Positions 1 to 12,368 of a DNA stretch of 64,000 bases are shown here, piece by piece. The position numbers and the translations under genes are program-made. The stretch comes from Octopus bimaculoides. Its lineage: Eukaryota. Location of the stretch: contig NC_068982.1 in assembly GCF_001194135.2 (NCBI RefSeq), positions 15,133,335 through 15,197,334 on the forward strand, given 5' to 3'. The notes beneath the pieces were generated by a model. It searched no databases. It saw only the letters and a program-made list of their open reading frames with translations, and had not been told where the DNA came from. The first letter of the stretch is position 1. Each line of letters begins with the position of its first letter.

Positions 1-2334
1 CGACAAACTTTTATTCCCTACAAACTGAGTTTTTGGAAAATCTTTTTTCACACATTTACTTACTACCATATAATATACACACTCATACATATATGCGTAC
101 AAATACACCCATACATACAGATAAACACATACATTACTTGTCACTCTTTTCCAAATACGATCGACAGTCAAACACTTATTCCCTAGAAACTGTGAGTTTC
201 TTGAAAATGTTTTTTAAAACACATTTACTTACTACCATATATATATATATANNNNNNNNNNCCAACATGGCTTCATACGATACTGCTTCCAGGGCTACTG
301 AAGGCCCGGAACAAAGGGCGACTCGCCTGATTAGAAACGCTGCTGCTAATGCTGCTGCCAGGGATTCAGAGGGCCAGGAACAAAGGGCCACTCGACTGGC
401 TAGAAACGCTGCGGCTACTGCTGCTTCCAGGCCTTCCGAACGTTTGCAACAACGGATGACTTGCCTTCCTAGGAACGCTGTGGCTATGACTACTTCCATA
501 GCTTCTAAAGATGCAGATGGACGGTTCATTATCATTGCAAATGTGCCTTCTGCTACTGCTGCGAGACCTTCCCATGACCAACACCAGCTACGTTCTATGT
601 TGCAGAGTACCAACAGCCATTACTGGCACCTACAGGCTTTCAAGTATGAGCCAAACTTTAATTACTCCTTCCGCGCTGACATAAATATAAGGGAAATGTA
701 CTTCAATTGCCAATTCTGCAATGCTAAAAAGTGGGCTGGTCAGCTTGCTCCCTCTTCTAGAACCGCCACAGCCTTTGAAGGAACTACTTGCTGCTTCTAC
801 CTCAAGGTCTTCAAAATTCCTTCAAGTCATCAGAAATTACAATTGTGCATTTCAGATGACTTCTTTCGGGGCTAACGTTGTCACAGACAGTGGTTGGATG
901 CCTACTTTCAAGGTCCAGGGATAGGTGTACCATCTTATTGGGTCGTTCCAGCCACTACAAAATTGCAAGCCTTCGTTCCTCCAAATTTACTTCATTTCCA
1001 ACTACAGTAAGCAACTTGATGTGCGGTTCGGCATTATTCCACCACCTGCAAACACTGACGCTGACACTTTTGTCAGGGACGTTCTACTCAGTCTGCAAAA
1101 CATGCTTCATGAGCACAACAGCTATATTCGCAGTTTCAAATACNNNNNNNNNNNNNNNNNNNNNNNNNNNNNNNNNNNNNNNNNNNNNNNNNNNNNNNNN
1201 NNNNNNNNNNNNNNNNNNNNNNNNNNNNNNNNNNNNNNNNNNNNNNNNNNNNNNNNNNNNNNNNNNNNNNNNNNNNNNNNNNNNNNNNNNNNNNNNNNNN
1301 NNNNNNNNNNNNNNNNNNNNNNNNNNNNNNNNNNNNNNNNNNNNNNNNNNNNNNNNNNNNNNNNNNNNNNNNNNNNNNNNNNNNNNNNNNNNNNNNNNNN
1401 NNNNNNNNNNNNNNNNNNNNNNNNNNNNNNNNNNNNNNNNNNNNNNNNNNNNNNNNNNNNNNNNNNNNNNNNNNNNNNNNNNNNNNNNNNNNNNNNNNNN
1501 NNNNNNNNNNNNNNNNNNNNNNNNNNNNNNNNNNNNNNNNNNNNNNNNNNNNNNNNNNNNNNNNNNNNNNNNNNNNNNNNNNNNNNNNNNNNNNNNNNNN
1601 NNNNNNNNNNNNNNNNNNNNNNNNNNNNNNNNNNNNNNNNNNNACGCTGTTATAACACTCCTTCGTGCATGAAGTAACTATCTCTTACACGCCATTACAA
1701 TTTACATCAAATAACAAAACTTCAAAAGTCAATAAAACTAAATACATACATCCTCTCTCTCACCATTATATTTTACACCATTACATTTTACATCAAATAC
1801 AAAATATTCAAAAGTAACAGGTCATTTTACACAACATCTCCATGACAGAGGTGTTGGCGATTCATCTATTCAGCACCACTACACTCTTGCCGGTCTTGCA
1901 TATGGTGAGTAGATGCTATTGTTGTATATTTTCAAACTTACCCGTATTTACTTACCCATGATTCATCCCCCTCTTTCCTCCATAGGGCATCTGTTCTGTT
2001 TTCACAGAGCATGAAGTTTTGTCCACTGCCGTTGGTAGAAAAGGAACACACCGTATTCACCTGCAAACGTTTTACACACCCTTCCAGGACGACCTACCAA
2101 ATTGTTACAATTGTGAGAACGATAACACAGCCTTTTCAGGGCCACCTCACATTCTGTTGTTATCCACTTCTTAGAGTGTTGCAATGCTCTTTGCAGGGCT
2201 TTCTATCCAGTTGCAAATCGATTGGTTGGGAGTTAACTTATATCAATCTTTGCCTCAATAATCATAATTGAGTAGAATCATTAACAGTACTTTGAAGCAA
2301 TTCACTCCCAAGCAACGCCGGGCACTTCTGCTAG
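1..2334 (+). mobile_element. Non-autonomous Helitron, copy A (Rep N-terminal part; 5' end just outside window)
   Basis: 3' end CCCAAGCAACGCCGGG hairpin then CTAG|T at 2331-2335. Degenerate Helitron N-terminal coding: RLARNAAATAASR repeats, FKYEP, CQFCNAKKW, FQMTSFG, FKVQG, FLQIYF, LQNMLHEHNSYIRSFK. Near-identical inverted copy at 13272-15815. Gaps at 252-260 and 1144-1644. Confidence 0.88.
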
Positions 2335-3189
2335 TATATATATATATACACACACATACACAACAAAGCCTAATGGTGTGAATTTTCTAAAACTCCTTTA
2401 GGGACAAATGGTTTTCACAATGAATTCCAATTTAATTGGAATCTTCACGATCTGAAGCNNNNNNNNNNNNNNNNNNNNNNNNNNNNNNNNNNNNNNNNNN
2501 NNNNNNNNNNNNNNNNNNNNNNNNNNNNNNNNNNNNNNNNNNNNNNNNNNNNNNNNNNNNNNNNNNNNNNNNNNNNNNNNNNNNNNNNNNNNNNNNNNNN
2601 NNNNNNNNNNNNNNNNNNNNNNNNNNNNNNNNNNNNNNNNNNNNNNNNNNNNNNNNNNNNNNNNNNNNNNNNNNNNNNNNNNNNNNNNNNNNNNNNNNNN
2701 NNNNNNNNNNNNNNNNNNNNNNNNNNNNNNNNNNNNNNNNNNNNNNNNNNNNNNNNNNNNNNNNNNNNNNNNNNNNNNNNNNNNNNNNNNNNNNNNNNNN
2801 NNNNNNNNNNNNNNNNNNNNNNNNNNNNNNNNNNNNNNNNNNNNNNNNNNNNNNNNNNNNNNNNNNNNNNNNNNNNNNNNNNNNNNNNNNNNNNNNNNNN
2901 NNNNNNNNNNNNNNNNNNNNNNNNNNNNNNNNNNNNNNNNNNNNNNNNNNNNNNNNNNNNNNNNNNNNNNNNNNNNNNNNNNNNNNNNNNNNNNNNNNNN
3001 NNNNNNNNNNNNNNNNNNNNNNNNNNNNNNNNNNNNNNNNNNNNNNNNNNNNNNNNNNNNNNNNNNNNNNNNNNNNNNNNNNNNNNNNNNNNNNNNNNNN
3101 NNNNNNNNNNNNNNNNNNNNNNNNNNNNNNNNNNAAATTTGTAAAAATTCATAAGTCTCCAGACCCACACTCGAAAAAAAATGCACCAT

Positions 3190-3527
3190 TCGCACATGAT
3201 CGTTACCAGCATCGCCTTACTGGCACGTGAATAAACATTCGAGTGAGGTTGTTTCCAGTGCCATTGGACTCACTCCTTTGCAGGTGGCACATAAAAAACA
3301 CTACTTGTGCGTGGCCGTTGCCAGTACTGCCTTACTGGCCCTAGTGCTGGTGGCACGTAAAAGCACCCACTACACTCTTGGAGTGGTTGGTATTAGGAAG
3401 GGCATCCAGCTGTAGAAACTCTGCCAGATCAGATTGGAGCCTGGTGCAGCCATCCGGTTTGCAGTCCTCACTCAAATCGTCCAACTCATGCTAGCATGGA
3501 AAGTGGACGTTAAACGATGATGATGAA
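3190..3527 (+). mobile_element. RTE LINE 3' UTR fragment with (GAT)n tail
   Basis: Motif GGAGTGGTTGG..AGGAAGGGCATCCAGCTGTAGAAAC...GGACGTTAAACGATGATG. The same UTR follows an RTE ORF C-terminus at 52130-53020. Confidence 0.8.
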
Positions 3528-3665
3528 ACGCATTTGGACATATGACAGTTTAGCATAATAGCAACAATACATATATATATATATATATGTATGTATGCAT
3601 GCATGCATAGATACACAAATACGCACGAATGAATCAACACCAATAATTTTCTTTTTTTCAAGCAT

Positions 3666-3938
3666 AGTACTTACATGTCTCTTTGCTGAACTGCTAAGTT
3701 ATGAGGATGTAAACAAACCAACACCAGTTGTCAAGCAGTGGTGGGGAACAAAGACATACTCACATGCACACACATATGACGGGCTTCTTTCAGTTTCCAT
3801 CTACCAAATCCACTCACAAGGCTTTGGTTGGCCTGAGACTATTGTAGAAGACACATGTCCAAGGTGCTATGCTGTGGGACTGAACCCGGAACCATGTGGT
3901 TAAGAAGCAAGCTTCTTACCACACAGCTACTCCTGCGC
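3666..3938 (-). mobile_element. tRNA-derived CORE-like SINE (family B)
   Basis: Matches the multi-copy consensus GTGGCTGTGTGGTAAG...GGGTTCAGTCCCAC...GGGCAAGTGTCTTCTACTATAGC...GTGGATTTGGTAGAC. Confidence 0.75.
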
Positions 3939-3999
3939 TTTGCCGATGCTATGCCTTGAAGTGTTTAGATGAACAAATTCACACCAGTCTGATGCTTAC

Positions 4000-4275
4000 T
4001 TTATCAGCCTTTTTTGCTAAACTGCTGAGTTACAGGGATATAAAAAAAAAACAATATTATTTGTCAAGCAGCTGTGGGAGGAACAAACACACACACACGC
4101 ACATGTATGCACACATACAACAAGCTTCTTTCAGTTTCTGTCTACCAAATCCACTCACAAAACTTTGGTTGGCCCAAAGCTTTAGCAGAAGACACTTGCC
4201 CCAAGGTGCCATGCAGTAAGACTGAACCTGGAACCATGTGTTTGGGAAGCATGCTTCTTACCACACAGCCATGCC
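4000..4275 (-). mobile_element. SINE family B, tandem to previous copy
   Basis: Same consensus, diverged. Confidence 0.72.
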
Positions 4276-5572
4276 TGCAAGTATTTGTAAGCATTTGAGG
4301 TAGGCTAGGAGTTTAAGGGATCACCTCCTTTCTTCCAATCAGTCTTGGAAGACCTGAAAAGACAAAAAGAAAAAAGATCAGGTCATGACCTTACCCTATT
4401 TAACAAAGTAGTAAAAGAAATACTAATACTAATATAGCAGCCTCCATTTATCATTACTAGTTAACCACATAAAAACTTTTTCCCAGGTCCACAAAATACA
4501 CACACAGACACTTACACACTCACGAACACAAACACACAGACATACACATCTCCACTTTACTAAAATGGGTTGGATAGATTTGCAGAAATTTAATTATGAA
4601 ACCTTATATTCCAGCAAGTCATTCAAGATCAGTCAACCATTACAATAGGTTGCATTCTATCAATTCATGTGTGATATTTATTTGCAAATTTTATTTATTA
4701 CATTCAAATATCATGCATTAATAAATCATATGCTAATACCAGTGCAGCTAATAGCATGTCAAACGCATTATGCAACGCATTGATAAACCAAGGTTTATTG
4801 TGCAAAGCCTTTGTTGGAAATCAATATTTGGTGCAGACAGCTGTGTGGTAAAGAAAGTTTGCTTCACCACCATGGGGTTTGAGTTTGATTCAAATGCATG
4901 AAATTATGGTGAAAACATAACCTGACAATTTAAATTATTAGGCTCAGTCAGGCAACATGCCCTAATTATTAACAAATCAACTTGCCAGAATATCACCCTA
5001 TATTAGAGAATGTTCTTTAGCGCTCCAGGAGTTCCCACACTTTTGTAGTTACATAAGCACAATGCATTTGAATAAATCAGTTCTAGGTGAATTTGCCTAC
5101 AACAATTTATCTCTGTGTGGTTGTATGTATGTGTGCGTGTGTGTGTGGTTGTAGATGAATTGTAGACAAATTCACTGGATACCAAACAAATCAGAGAGAG
5201 TGGTGTTCTTTGGAAGCACAAGCAACAAGCCCTTACTTCAACGAGTTTTCTTTGGCTAAAGCACAGCCCCAAATTAAAAAGAAAGTTTCAACTAGGATGG
5301 ACCAGCATTATTCCCACCTGTCACATGAAACAAAATTCTTTTTTAATAATTTAATTTCAGCTACATTTGGTTCTAGCAGACAACATTGTGCCACTGGTAA
5401 ACTATGATGCAACTTTGTTAATATTGTGATTTACTTTGATAAAATTTGGTTTATTTAAGGACAACACACAACTAAACTTAATACCAACCAACAAATACCC
5501 ATACAGTTAGTATGAGAGTACTAATGCAGGATATTCATTATTAATAAAAAAAATATACTCTACATTCTAGTG

Positions 5573-5828
5573 TGGAGGCGCGTGGCTTAGTGGTTAGGGT
5601 GTCAGCATCATAATCGTAAGATTGTGGTTTCGATTCCTGGACTGGGCGACGCGTTGTGTTCTTGAGCAAAACACTTCATTTCACGTTGCTCCAGTCCACT
5701 CAGCTGGCAAAAATGAGTAACGCTGCAATGGACTGGCGTCCCGTCCAGCTGGGGAACACATACGCCATGGAAACTGGGCCCATGAGTCTGGTTAGGCTTT
5801 AAAAAAAGGGTGCATTTATTATTTTTTT
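5573..5828 (+). mobile_element. tRNA-derived SINE (family A) with 12-bp TSD
   Basis: A box TGGCTTAGTGG and B box GGTTTCGATTCC. A/T tail. TSD TACATTCTAGTG at 5561-5572 and 5829-5840. Sister copy at 26547-26812. Confidence 0.88.
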
Positions 5829-6854
5829 TACATTCTAGTGTATTAAGTTCTTTCTTAATGTAAGATTGGTATTCTTAATCTTTCAGGATAACTACAATAG
5901 AATCTTGTGTCTAGGGAGGGTTATTGTGCCAATAAAAATTTAAAACATACTCACTGGTTCAATACTACTTCTTTGTTTTACCAACTAATTATCCAATGGT
6001 TTGTTTAATGTGTTGATTGAACAATCAGAGTCCTTTCATTTCTATTCGTAACTTCATCAATGATATGCCTTCACTCTTCAGAGTCTCCTTTGAATCTGTC
6101 TGAGAACTAGTCTTACGAAAAGCAAGAGTATTTTGGAAGTTAATTTGACTGTTCTTCTTGGATACATCCTTTGAATTATAAATCTGTCTGATGCATGTTT
6201 AGAAGGCTCTGCTGCAAGTTGGTGGTCTGTTAGGAATGAAGGCAAGGAGATGGCTGTGAATTTGTGCAGTTAGTGTTTTCTTTGTGTCCCTGCAATCCTG
6301 TTCTGTTCCTAGGAGGTGGCACCTTTGTTGATGCAATTTCACTAGTCAGGGCAGTCTTCTGCTTGTGTTTCTCAGGTGTTGGGGGTTGTAGGCATCCAGT
6401 GCCGTCAGGTTTTAATGAGAGTCATCTCCTCTGTCACATCGGTAACAACCAGGTGGCACTTGTTAGATAGATATAAAAAGATGCGCACAGCCAAAGAAAA
6501 TCCTCTTTTCCTTTCCCACGTGGCCTGCAGCTAACTACTTCTCCATCTCTGTTCCTGCTACTAGACAACCCTGCATTGATTTGAATTTTGCTAAATCCTC
6601 TATACCAGTAAAGGAAGGCAGCAAGACAAAAAACCTTTTCTTATTCAACTTCCATTCTATTCTGTTGAATGTTAATATACAAGCTGTGTAAAAATGCTCA
6701 TCCTGGATTGGAATAACTACTCCATGTACATGAAGTCTCCAAAAACTAATATAAGTTGTTGTGTTTCCTCACTGGATTAATTCCAACAGCTATCAAAGGA
6801 TGCACAAACATTATATTAAATTAGTGGGCTAAAAGCTCGCTAAAGGGTTAAATC

Positions 6855-7095
6855 TCAAAGCTCTTCAGTGAAACTTTGAGTGTATTCTTGGAGTGCTTTT
6901 TCTGTCCTCTTTGCATGCGTTTGCCTTCCACCAGTTCACTGTACAACAGTCTCTTGGGGAGTCACATGTTAGGCATTCGAGCAAAGTGTCCTGCCCACCT
7001 GACTTATGCTCTCCTCAGCAGAGTGCAAATGCTTGGCAGATCAGCTCAAGAGAGGACCTCCATATCTGGGACCTTGTCTTGCCAGGTACAACTTA
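6855..7095 (-). mobile_element. RTE (BovB-like) LINE ORF C-terminal fragment, decayed
   Basis: Minus-strand translation WQDKVPDMEVLS*ADLPSICTLLRRA*VRWAGHFARMP..LPKRLLYSELVEGKR, with in-frame stops. Confidence 0.78.
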
Positions 7096-7454
7096 TAACA
7101 TTGTGTATGATTCTAATAATCCTCCCTATAGGCCTGCCGTAACATTAGAAAAATCCCTGTTAAAGGGTTTTCCTAATTTATATCAGAATTTTACACTAAT
7201 TGTAACAAATTGTCAAATGCACTAAATATACTTTCACTCTAGTCTATGTAGATTAGTGACTAAGTGACATGGCCAAATTAGACTGTAGGTCAAAACTACA
7301 CATGCAGCACTGCAATCAAAAGCATGCTGCACCAGTTGGCTAGTGCACTACTTTAAAAGTTTGATTTCTTTTTGTACTGTTCTTGTATTACATTTAGTTT
7401 TCTGTTTGATTTTTTTGACACATATTTCTTTTATTAGTATTCTTAAATCATGGT

Positions 7455-7885
7455 AAGGCAGCAGGCTGACAGAATTGTTAGTACGTGGGGTGAAATGCTT
7501 AGCGGTATTTCATCTGCCACTACGTTCTGAGTTCAATTTCCACCGAGATCAACTTTGCTTTTCATCCTTTCAGGGAAGATAAATTAAGTACCAGTGAAAC
7601 ACTGGAGTCGATGTAATCGACCCCAAAATTTCAGGCCTTGTGCCTATAGTAGAAAGGATTATTATTCTTAAATCAGTAGACTAGCAGAATCATCAGAGAG
7701 CAAGCCAACAACGCTTAACCCCTTTCTTTTGACTATTTGCATTCTTAGTTCAAATGCTGCCTTGGTCAACTTTGCCTTTCATTTTTTTGAGGGGTTCATA
7801 AAATAAAATACCAGTCAAGTACTTGATTCGATGGAATAGACTAACACCCTACCTCTAAAATAGCGGGCCTTGTGTCAACATTTGA
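7455..7885 (+). mobile_element. Head-to-tail pair of tRNA-derived SINEs (family C)
   Basis: Each copy has GGCAGAA.CGTTAGC...GAGTTCAAAT (B box)...CTTTCATCC...CCCCAAAATTTCAGGCCTTGTGCC. The first ends in an (ATT)n tail. Confidence 0.72.
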
Positions 7886-8600
7886 AGCAATTATCTATTA
7901 CGCTTTATCATTTTTAATGAATTACTTAATGGCAGAATTGCAGTTCCTAAGATCATCTCCAGCGTTTGGAATACAAGCTACAGAACTGACTTTGTTAAAG
8001 ATGTCTAAGGTGAAAGTGGTGACATTAAACCAAGCGACAGATGAAGCCTACCATTGTTATGGAATGTTTTATTTAACTGGAATTAAAGTAGTTTTATATA
8101 TTTGTTAATGTGTTTCAGGGATAATATATATTAATTTATTTTTATCAGAGGAGGCTATGGAATTTGAGATCACATTAACCAAAACTTCCGTTACAGTTGT
8201 AAATGAAACTCAGTTAATAATAAATGTATGAGAGCTGAATAATTAAAATTTATACAAGCTTCTACAATAAGCCAGTGTGTGTGTGTGTATCACTCATTCC
8301 TACCCCACTTGTACCCCGAAGACACACTCTGACACTCCATCCCCTCTTATATCACTTTCTAGCTCCCCCCATTGACCGTCTCTTCCAAAACATAAGTAGA
8401 TGTAGCTCCTTTTCATACCTTACTCCTCTCTACCTCTTATTCTCCTGGCATAAAATTCCCCCTCACAATTTGGGGTTCTTAGTATTGCAAGCTGCATGGT
8501 GACCTCTCTAGTGCTGGTGCCATGAGAAAAACAAATCACCCAGTACATGCTGTAAAGTAGTTGGCCTTAGGAAGGGCATCCAACCATAATGTCATGTATA

Positions 8601-8703
8601 TCTATAATATAATTAAGGGAGAGAACTTAAAACACATTTGCTTTTCCCTACAAACTGTGAGGTTTTTAAAAATCCTTTTTAAAACACATTTACTTACTAT
8701 CAT

Positions 8704-8735
<32 letters not shown>

Positions 8736-10494
8736 AAATACACACTAATACATACATACAAATACACACATACATACTAATACCTGTCAGTTTATTTATT
8801 TATTTGCCTTCTTGTCACCTTTTCCCCCTTCAATTTTACGCATACTTTCTAAGACAATTTCTCTGTACTTTCACCCTTTCTTTTGGACATTCAATGCCAC
8901 CGAAAAAGAGAAGTCACCTCAGTCGCCAGTGCTGACAGGTCCCGTCCTACTATGTGTGGTCAAAGAACACTTGGGTACATAGGAAGTCAGGTCAGGATGT
9001 TCAAAGACATCCCGGTGTCAAGTTTAACAGTTGTCTAGGGAGAGTGTACACTGTGCCTCCCAACCAGCATGAGTGTTTTTACCTTCGCCTTCTCCTTCAT
9101 GACGTTTTCGGCCCACAAAGCTTTCGAGACATAAGAACTGTTGATGGTGAATTATGTGACACTTTCTGCGAAGCCTGCTTCAGGCGTGGACTTTTGGAGG
9201 ACGATTCACAATGGGGCGCCACTATGGCGGAGGGCATTTTGTTAAAATCCCCTAAAATACTAAGATCGCTTTTCGCTATTCTACTCCTATGGTGCGACTT
9301 GGGTGATCCCGCCTCTTTATGGCTGACCTACAAAAATTACATGTCTGAAGATTTCCTGCATCAGGTTCACTTGCTAAATCCATCAATCGACGTCGAGTAC
9401 AGTCACCTCATTTACAACAGAGCGCTGCTTGAAATCGAAGATACTGTTCTCAATATGGGCAGGAGGGCGTTGGTAGTGTGTGGCCTACCTTCAGCAAACC
9501 GGGAAGGCGCAAACACACTGTCTTCGGATTTGCTGCATGAAACATGTTATAATGTTGATGAGCTTGCCCACTACATAGTGGAGAATGAGCCAAAGCTCCT
9601 TCCAAAACAGAAGTTCGCTTACAATTCCGATATTAATTTGGTCTGGGAAAAAGCTGGGGGGATTTTTTTCCTCGACGCTCCTGCGGGAACTGGCAAAACT
9701 TTTCTCACAAAATTAATACTGGCTGACATTAGGTGAACACAAGGCATTGCCTTAGCTGTGGCATCATCTAGAATTGCGGCTACTTTGTTGCCAGGCGGCA
9801 GGACAGCTCACTCCACTTTCAAGCTCCAGCTTGACTTAACGAAGACGGACACACCAATTTGCAACATCAATAACAGCTCCGATCAGGCAGAAGTGTTCAG
9901 ACGATGCAAGCTTATCGTTTGGGATGAATATACAATGGCCCACAGAGGTGCTAGATACATCTCTTAGAGACATCAAAGACTCTACGGCTCCCATGGGAGG
10001 CATAACACTTCTTCTTTCAGGGGATTTCAGGCAAACACTGCCAGTTAATCCCAAAGGGACTACAACTGATACAGTATGTGTGTGGCCCCTGGGGAAGACT
10101 CTCAAACTTAGCACTAACATGCGTGCTCATATGCGAGGTGACATAGCATCAGCAGAATTTTCTAACACCCTCCTTGCACTTGGTGAAGACAAAACTCCCT
10201 GCGATGAAAAGGGTAATGTTGCCATCGATTCACTTTGTACCATTGTTAATACACCTTCTCATCTCACGGATGCAGTGTTCCCAGATCTCCAAGCAAATTA
10301 TCAGAATATGGATTGGATTAGCCAAAGGGCTATTCTGGCCCCGAAGAATAAAACTGTCAACCATATTAATGATCAAATATTAAAACTCATTCCTGGGGAT
10401 TGCTATATATATATATATATATATAAGTCTATCGATAGACTTGTATATATAAAAAAAAAATTCAGCCCTGAGCAACGCCGGGCACTTCTGCTAG
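8601..10494 (+). mobile_element. Internally deleted Helitron, copy B, retaining the PIF1-type helicase half
   Basis: Both termini: A|TCTATAATAT at 8600/8601, and hairpin CCCTGAGCAACGCCGGG + CTAG|T at 10491-10495. No TSD. Contains ATG (MPPKKRS, 8894) joined at about 8928 to pre-helicase sequence. Confidence 0.92.
8936..10410 (+). pseudogene. Helitron RepHel helicase fragment (SF1B PIF1-like), disrupted
   Basis: Motifs ECFYLRLLL, Walker A FFLDAPAGTGKT, SSRIAATLLPGGRTAHSTFKL, Walker B LIVWDE, GDFRQTLPV, ILAPKN. Stop at 9734-9736, frameshift near 9960, truncated before motifs IV-VI. Confidence 0.9.
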
Positions 10495-10741
10495 TATATA
10501 ATAAGATGAGAAAATAAAGAGGTAATTAATAAATTATTATTTATTAATTAAAAAATTGACATCATCATCGTCATCATTATTAATGTTCACCTTGAGAAGT
10601 TCAAGGTTTTGGTGTTAGTCATACTGCATGCTACCAGCCAAAGCCTTATGAGTGAATTTGGAAAATGGAAACTGTGTAGAAGCCTGTCATGTATATATAT
10701 GTATGTAAGTATGTATGCATGCATGTATGTGTATATATGTA

Positions 10742-11035
10742 GTAGGTATCACTGTGTGGTAATAAGTTTGCTTCCTAACCATATGCTTCCAGGTTCAATC
10801 CCACTGCATGCCACCTTGGGCTGACCAAAGCCTTGTGAGTAGATTTGGTTGACAGAAATTGGTGTTAGTGCATTTACACGCCTGTAACTTAGCTGTTTGG
10901 CAAAAGAAACTGATAGAATAAGTACCAGGTTTTAAAAAAAGTACTGGGGTTGATTCATTCGAATAAAAAAAATTCTTCCCAGCAGTGCCCCAGTATGGTA
11001 GCAGTCTAACGACTGAAACAAGTGAAATTAAAATA
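10742..11035 (+). mobile_element. SINE family B, diverged
   Basis: Head, CORE-like segment and GACTGAAACAAG tail recognisable. Confidence 0.68.
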
Positions 11036-11611
11036 TATATAGTTGTCTGATACATTGTCACAATCCATAGAGAAAAAAACAGGCACTCCTAGTTAGATAG
11101 CAGAGTGAGTATTCTATAATTTTTTTAATATTATAGTGTCATGACAGTTAATTGAAGTTGTTATCAAATGGTTTCATTCCAAATACCGAGACAAATTTGT
11201 CAATCATCAGATACAGAATGAATGTTGTTAATGGTTGCTCAAAACTGGTTCAGAAGGACTACAGAAAATGTTGTGACAATGTTGCTTTGCAAGTACATTG
11301 AGAGATGTGCAAGTGATATGGGCTGGAGTGTAGAAGTTAGTGGTATGGATACCAACCTTTGCCAGTCACAGATATAATAATGATGTAAAACTCATGTGGG
11401 ATATGACTACGCATATAAGAAACTTCAACATAATCAAAGTACTGAAGGACAACCCCAGGGTGCTGAACCTTTCAAACAAGATGACAAAGGGCTAAGATAT
11501 TTGACACCATGCTGTACTCAAGAAGACCCCTCCTCCACAGCAGAAATGTTAGGGCCACCCCCTCTGGTGAAGAGGATTGATCTGCAAGAGTCCTGTACTG
11601 TTGTGATGTAA

Positions 11612-11805
11612 AAGGCACTCATGCTGGTGCCATGTAAAAGCACCTAGCACACTCTTGTAAACTGGTTGACATTAGGAAGGGCATCCAGCTGTAGAAAGCA
11701 AGCCAAATCAGACTGGAACCTGGTGCAGCTCTCTACCTTACCAGCTCTGGTCAACTGTACAACCCATGCCAGCATGGACAACAGACGTTAAATAATGATG
11801 ATGAT
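11612..11805 (+). mobile_element. RTE LINE 3' UTR fragment
   Basis: AGGAAGGGCATCCAGCTGTAGAAA motif and (GAT)n tail. Confidence 0.72.
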
Positions 11806-11814
11806 CACTCTTCT

Positions 11815-12030
11815 ATGGAAAGAGATCAAAGAATGTATCTTCATTGACATAAAAGTATCTGCAGATCAGAACATTATAGGGGCAGAAGATGAAAGTCGAA
11901 AGGTGTGAAGCTGAAAGGTAATGGAGTATATCCATTGAGCCTCAAAGGTATTGTGATACCCATCATAATCAGAGCCCTTTGAACTATCTTAAAGACTGCA
12001 AAAACCTGGCACAAGAAGTTGGAACTGGAA
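11815..12030 (+). mobile_element. Highly decayed RLE-type (R4/Dong-like) LINE C-terminal fragment
   Basis: Translation KECIFIDIKVSADQNI resembles KCFLIDVSIPSDDNI of the 49.5-kb element. Confidence 0.4.
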
Positions 12031-12064
12031 CCCTTGGTGTCATAACCAACAGAGTGTCAGTTCT

Positions 12065-12368
12065 TAAACTGGTACTCTGTTGGTTATGACATCGAGGGTT
12101 CCAGCTGATCCAGGCTGCTAGTGAAATTAATGTGTAAGTGGCTGAATACTCCACAGATGTGTATTCTTAATGTAGTTATCAGGGAGATTCAGTATGACAC
12201 AGAATGTGATAGAATTGGTCCTTTGAAATAGAGGTGCAAGTCATTTTTACCAGCTGAGTAAACTAGAGCAATGTGAAATAAAATGTCTTCCTCACATTGC
12301 CAGGAATTGAACTCATGACCTTATGATTACGAGCCAGATACTCCTAACCACTAAGCCACATGCCTTCA
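12065..12368 (-). mobile_element. Diverged tRNA-derived SINE related to family A
   Basis: Reverse complement gives GTGAAGGCATGTGGCTTAGTGGTTAGG...GAGTTCAATTCCTGG and the CTCAGCTGGTAAAAATG segment. Confidence 0.65.

Noticed and set aside
878-3230. Long ORFs in the track containing X runs (also 13945-14529, 29851-30464, 56117-56645)
   Set aside because: They are open only because N gaps contain no stops.
11170-11222. Hammerhead on - strand (CTGATGA...GACA AATT TGTC, flanked by TTCATTC/GAATGAA)
   Set aside because: The GAAA core is missing (GGTA instead), so it is only a weak hairpin.
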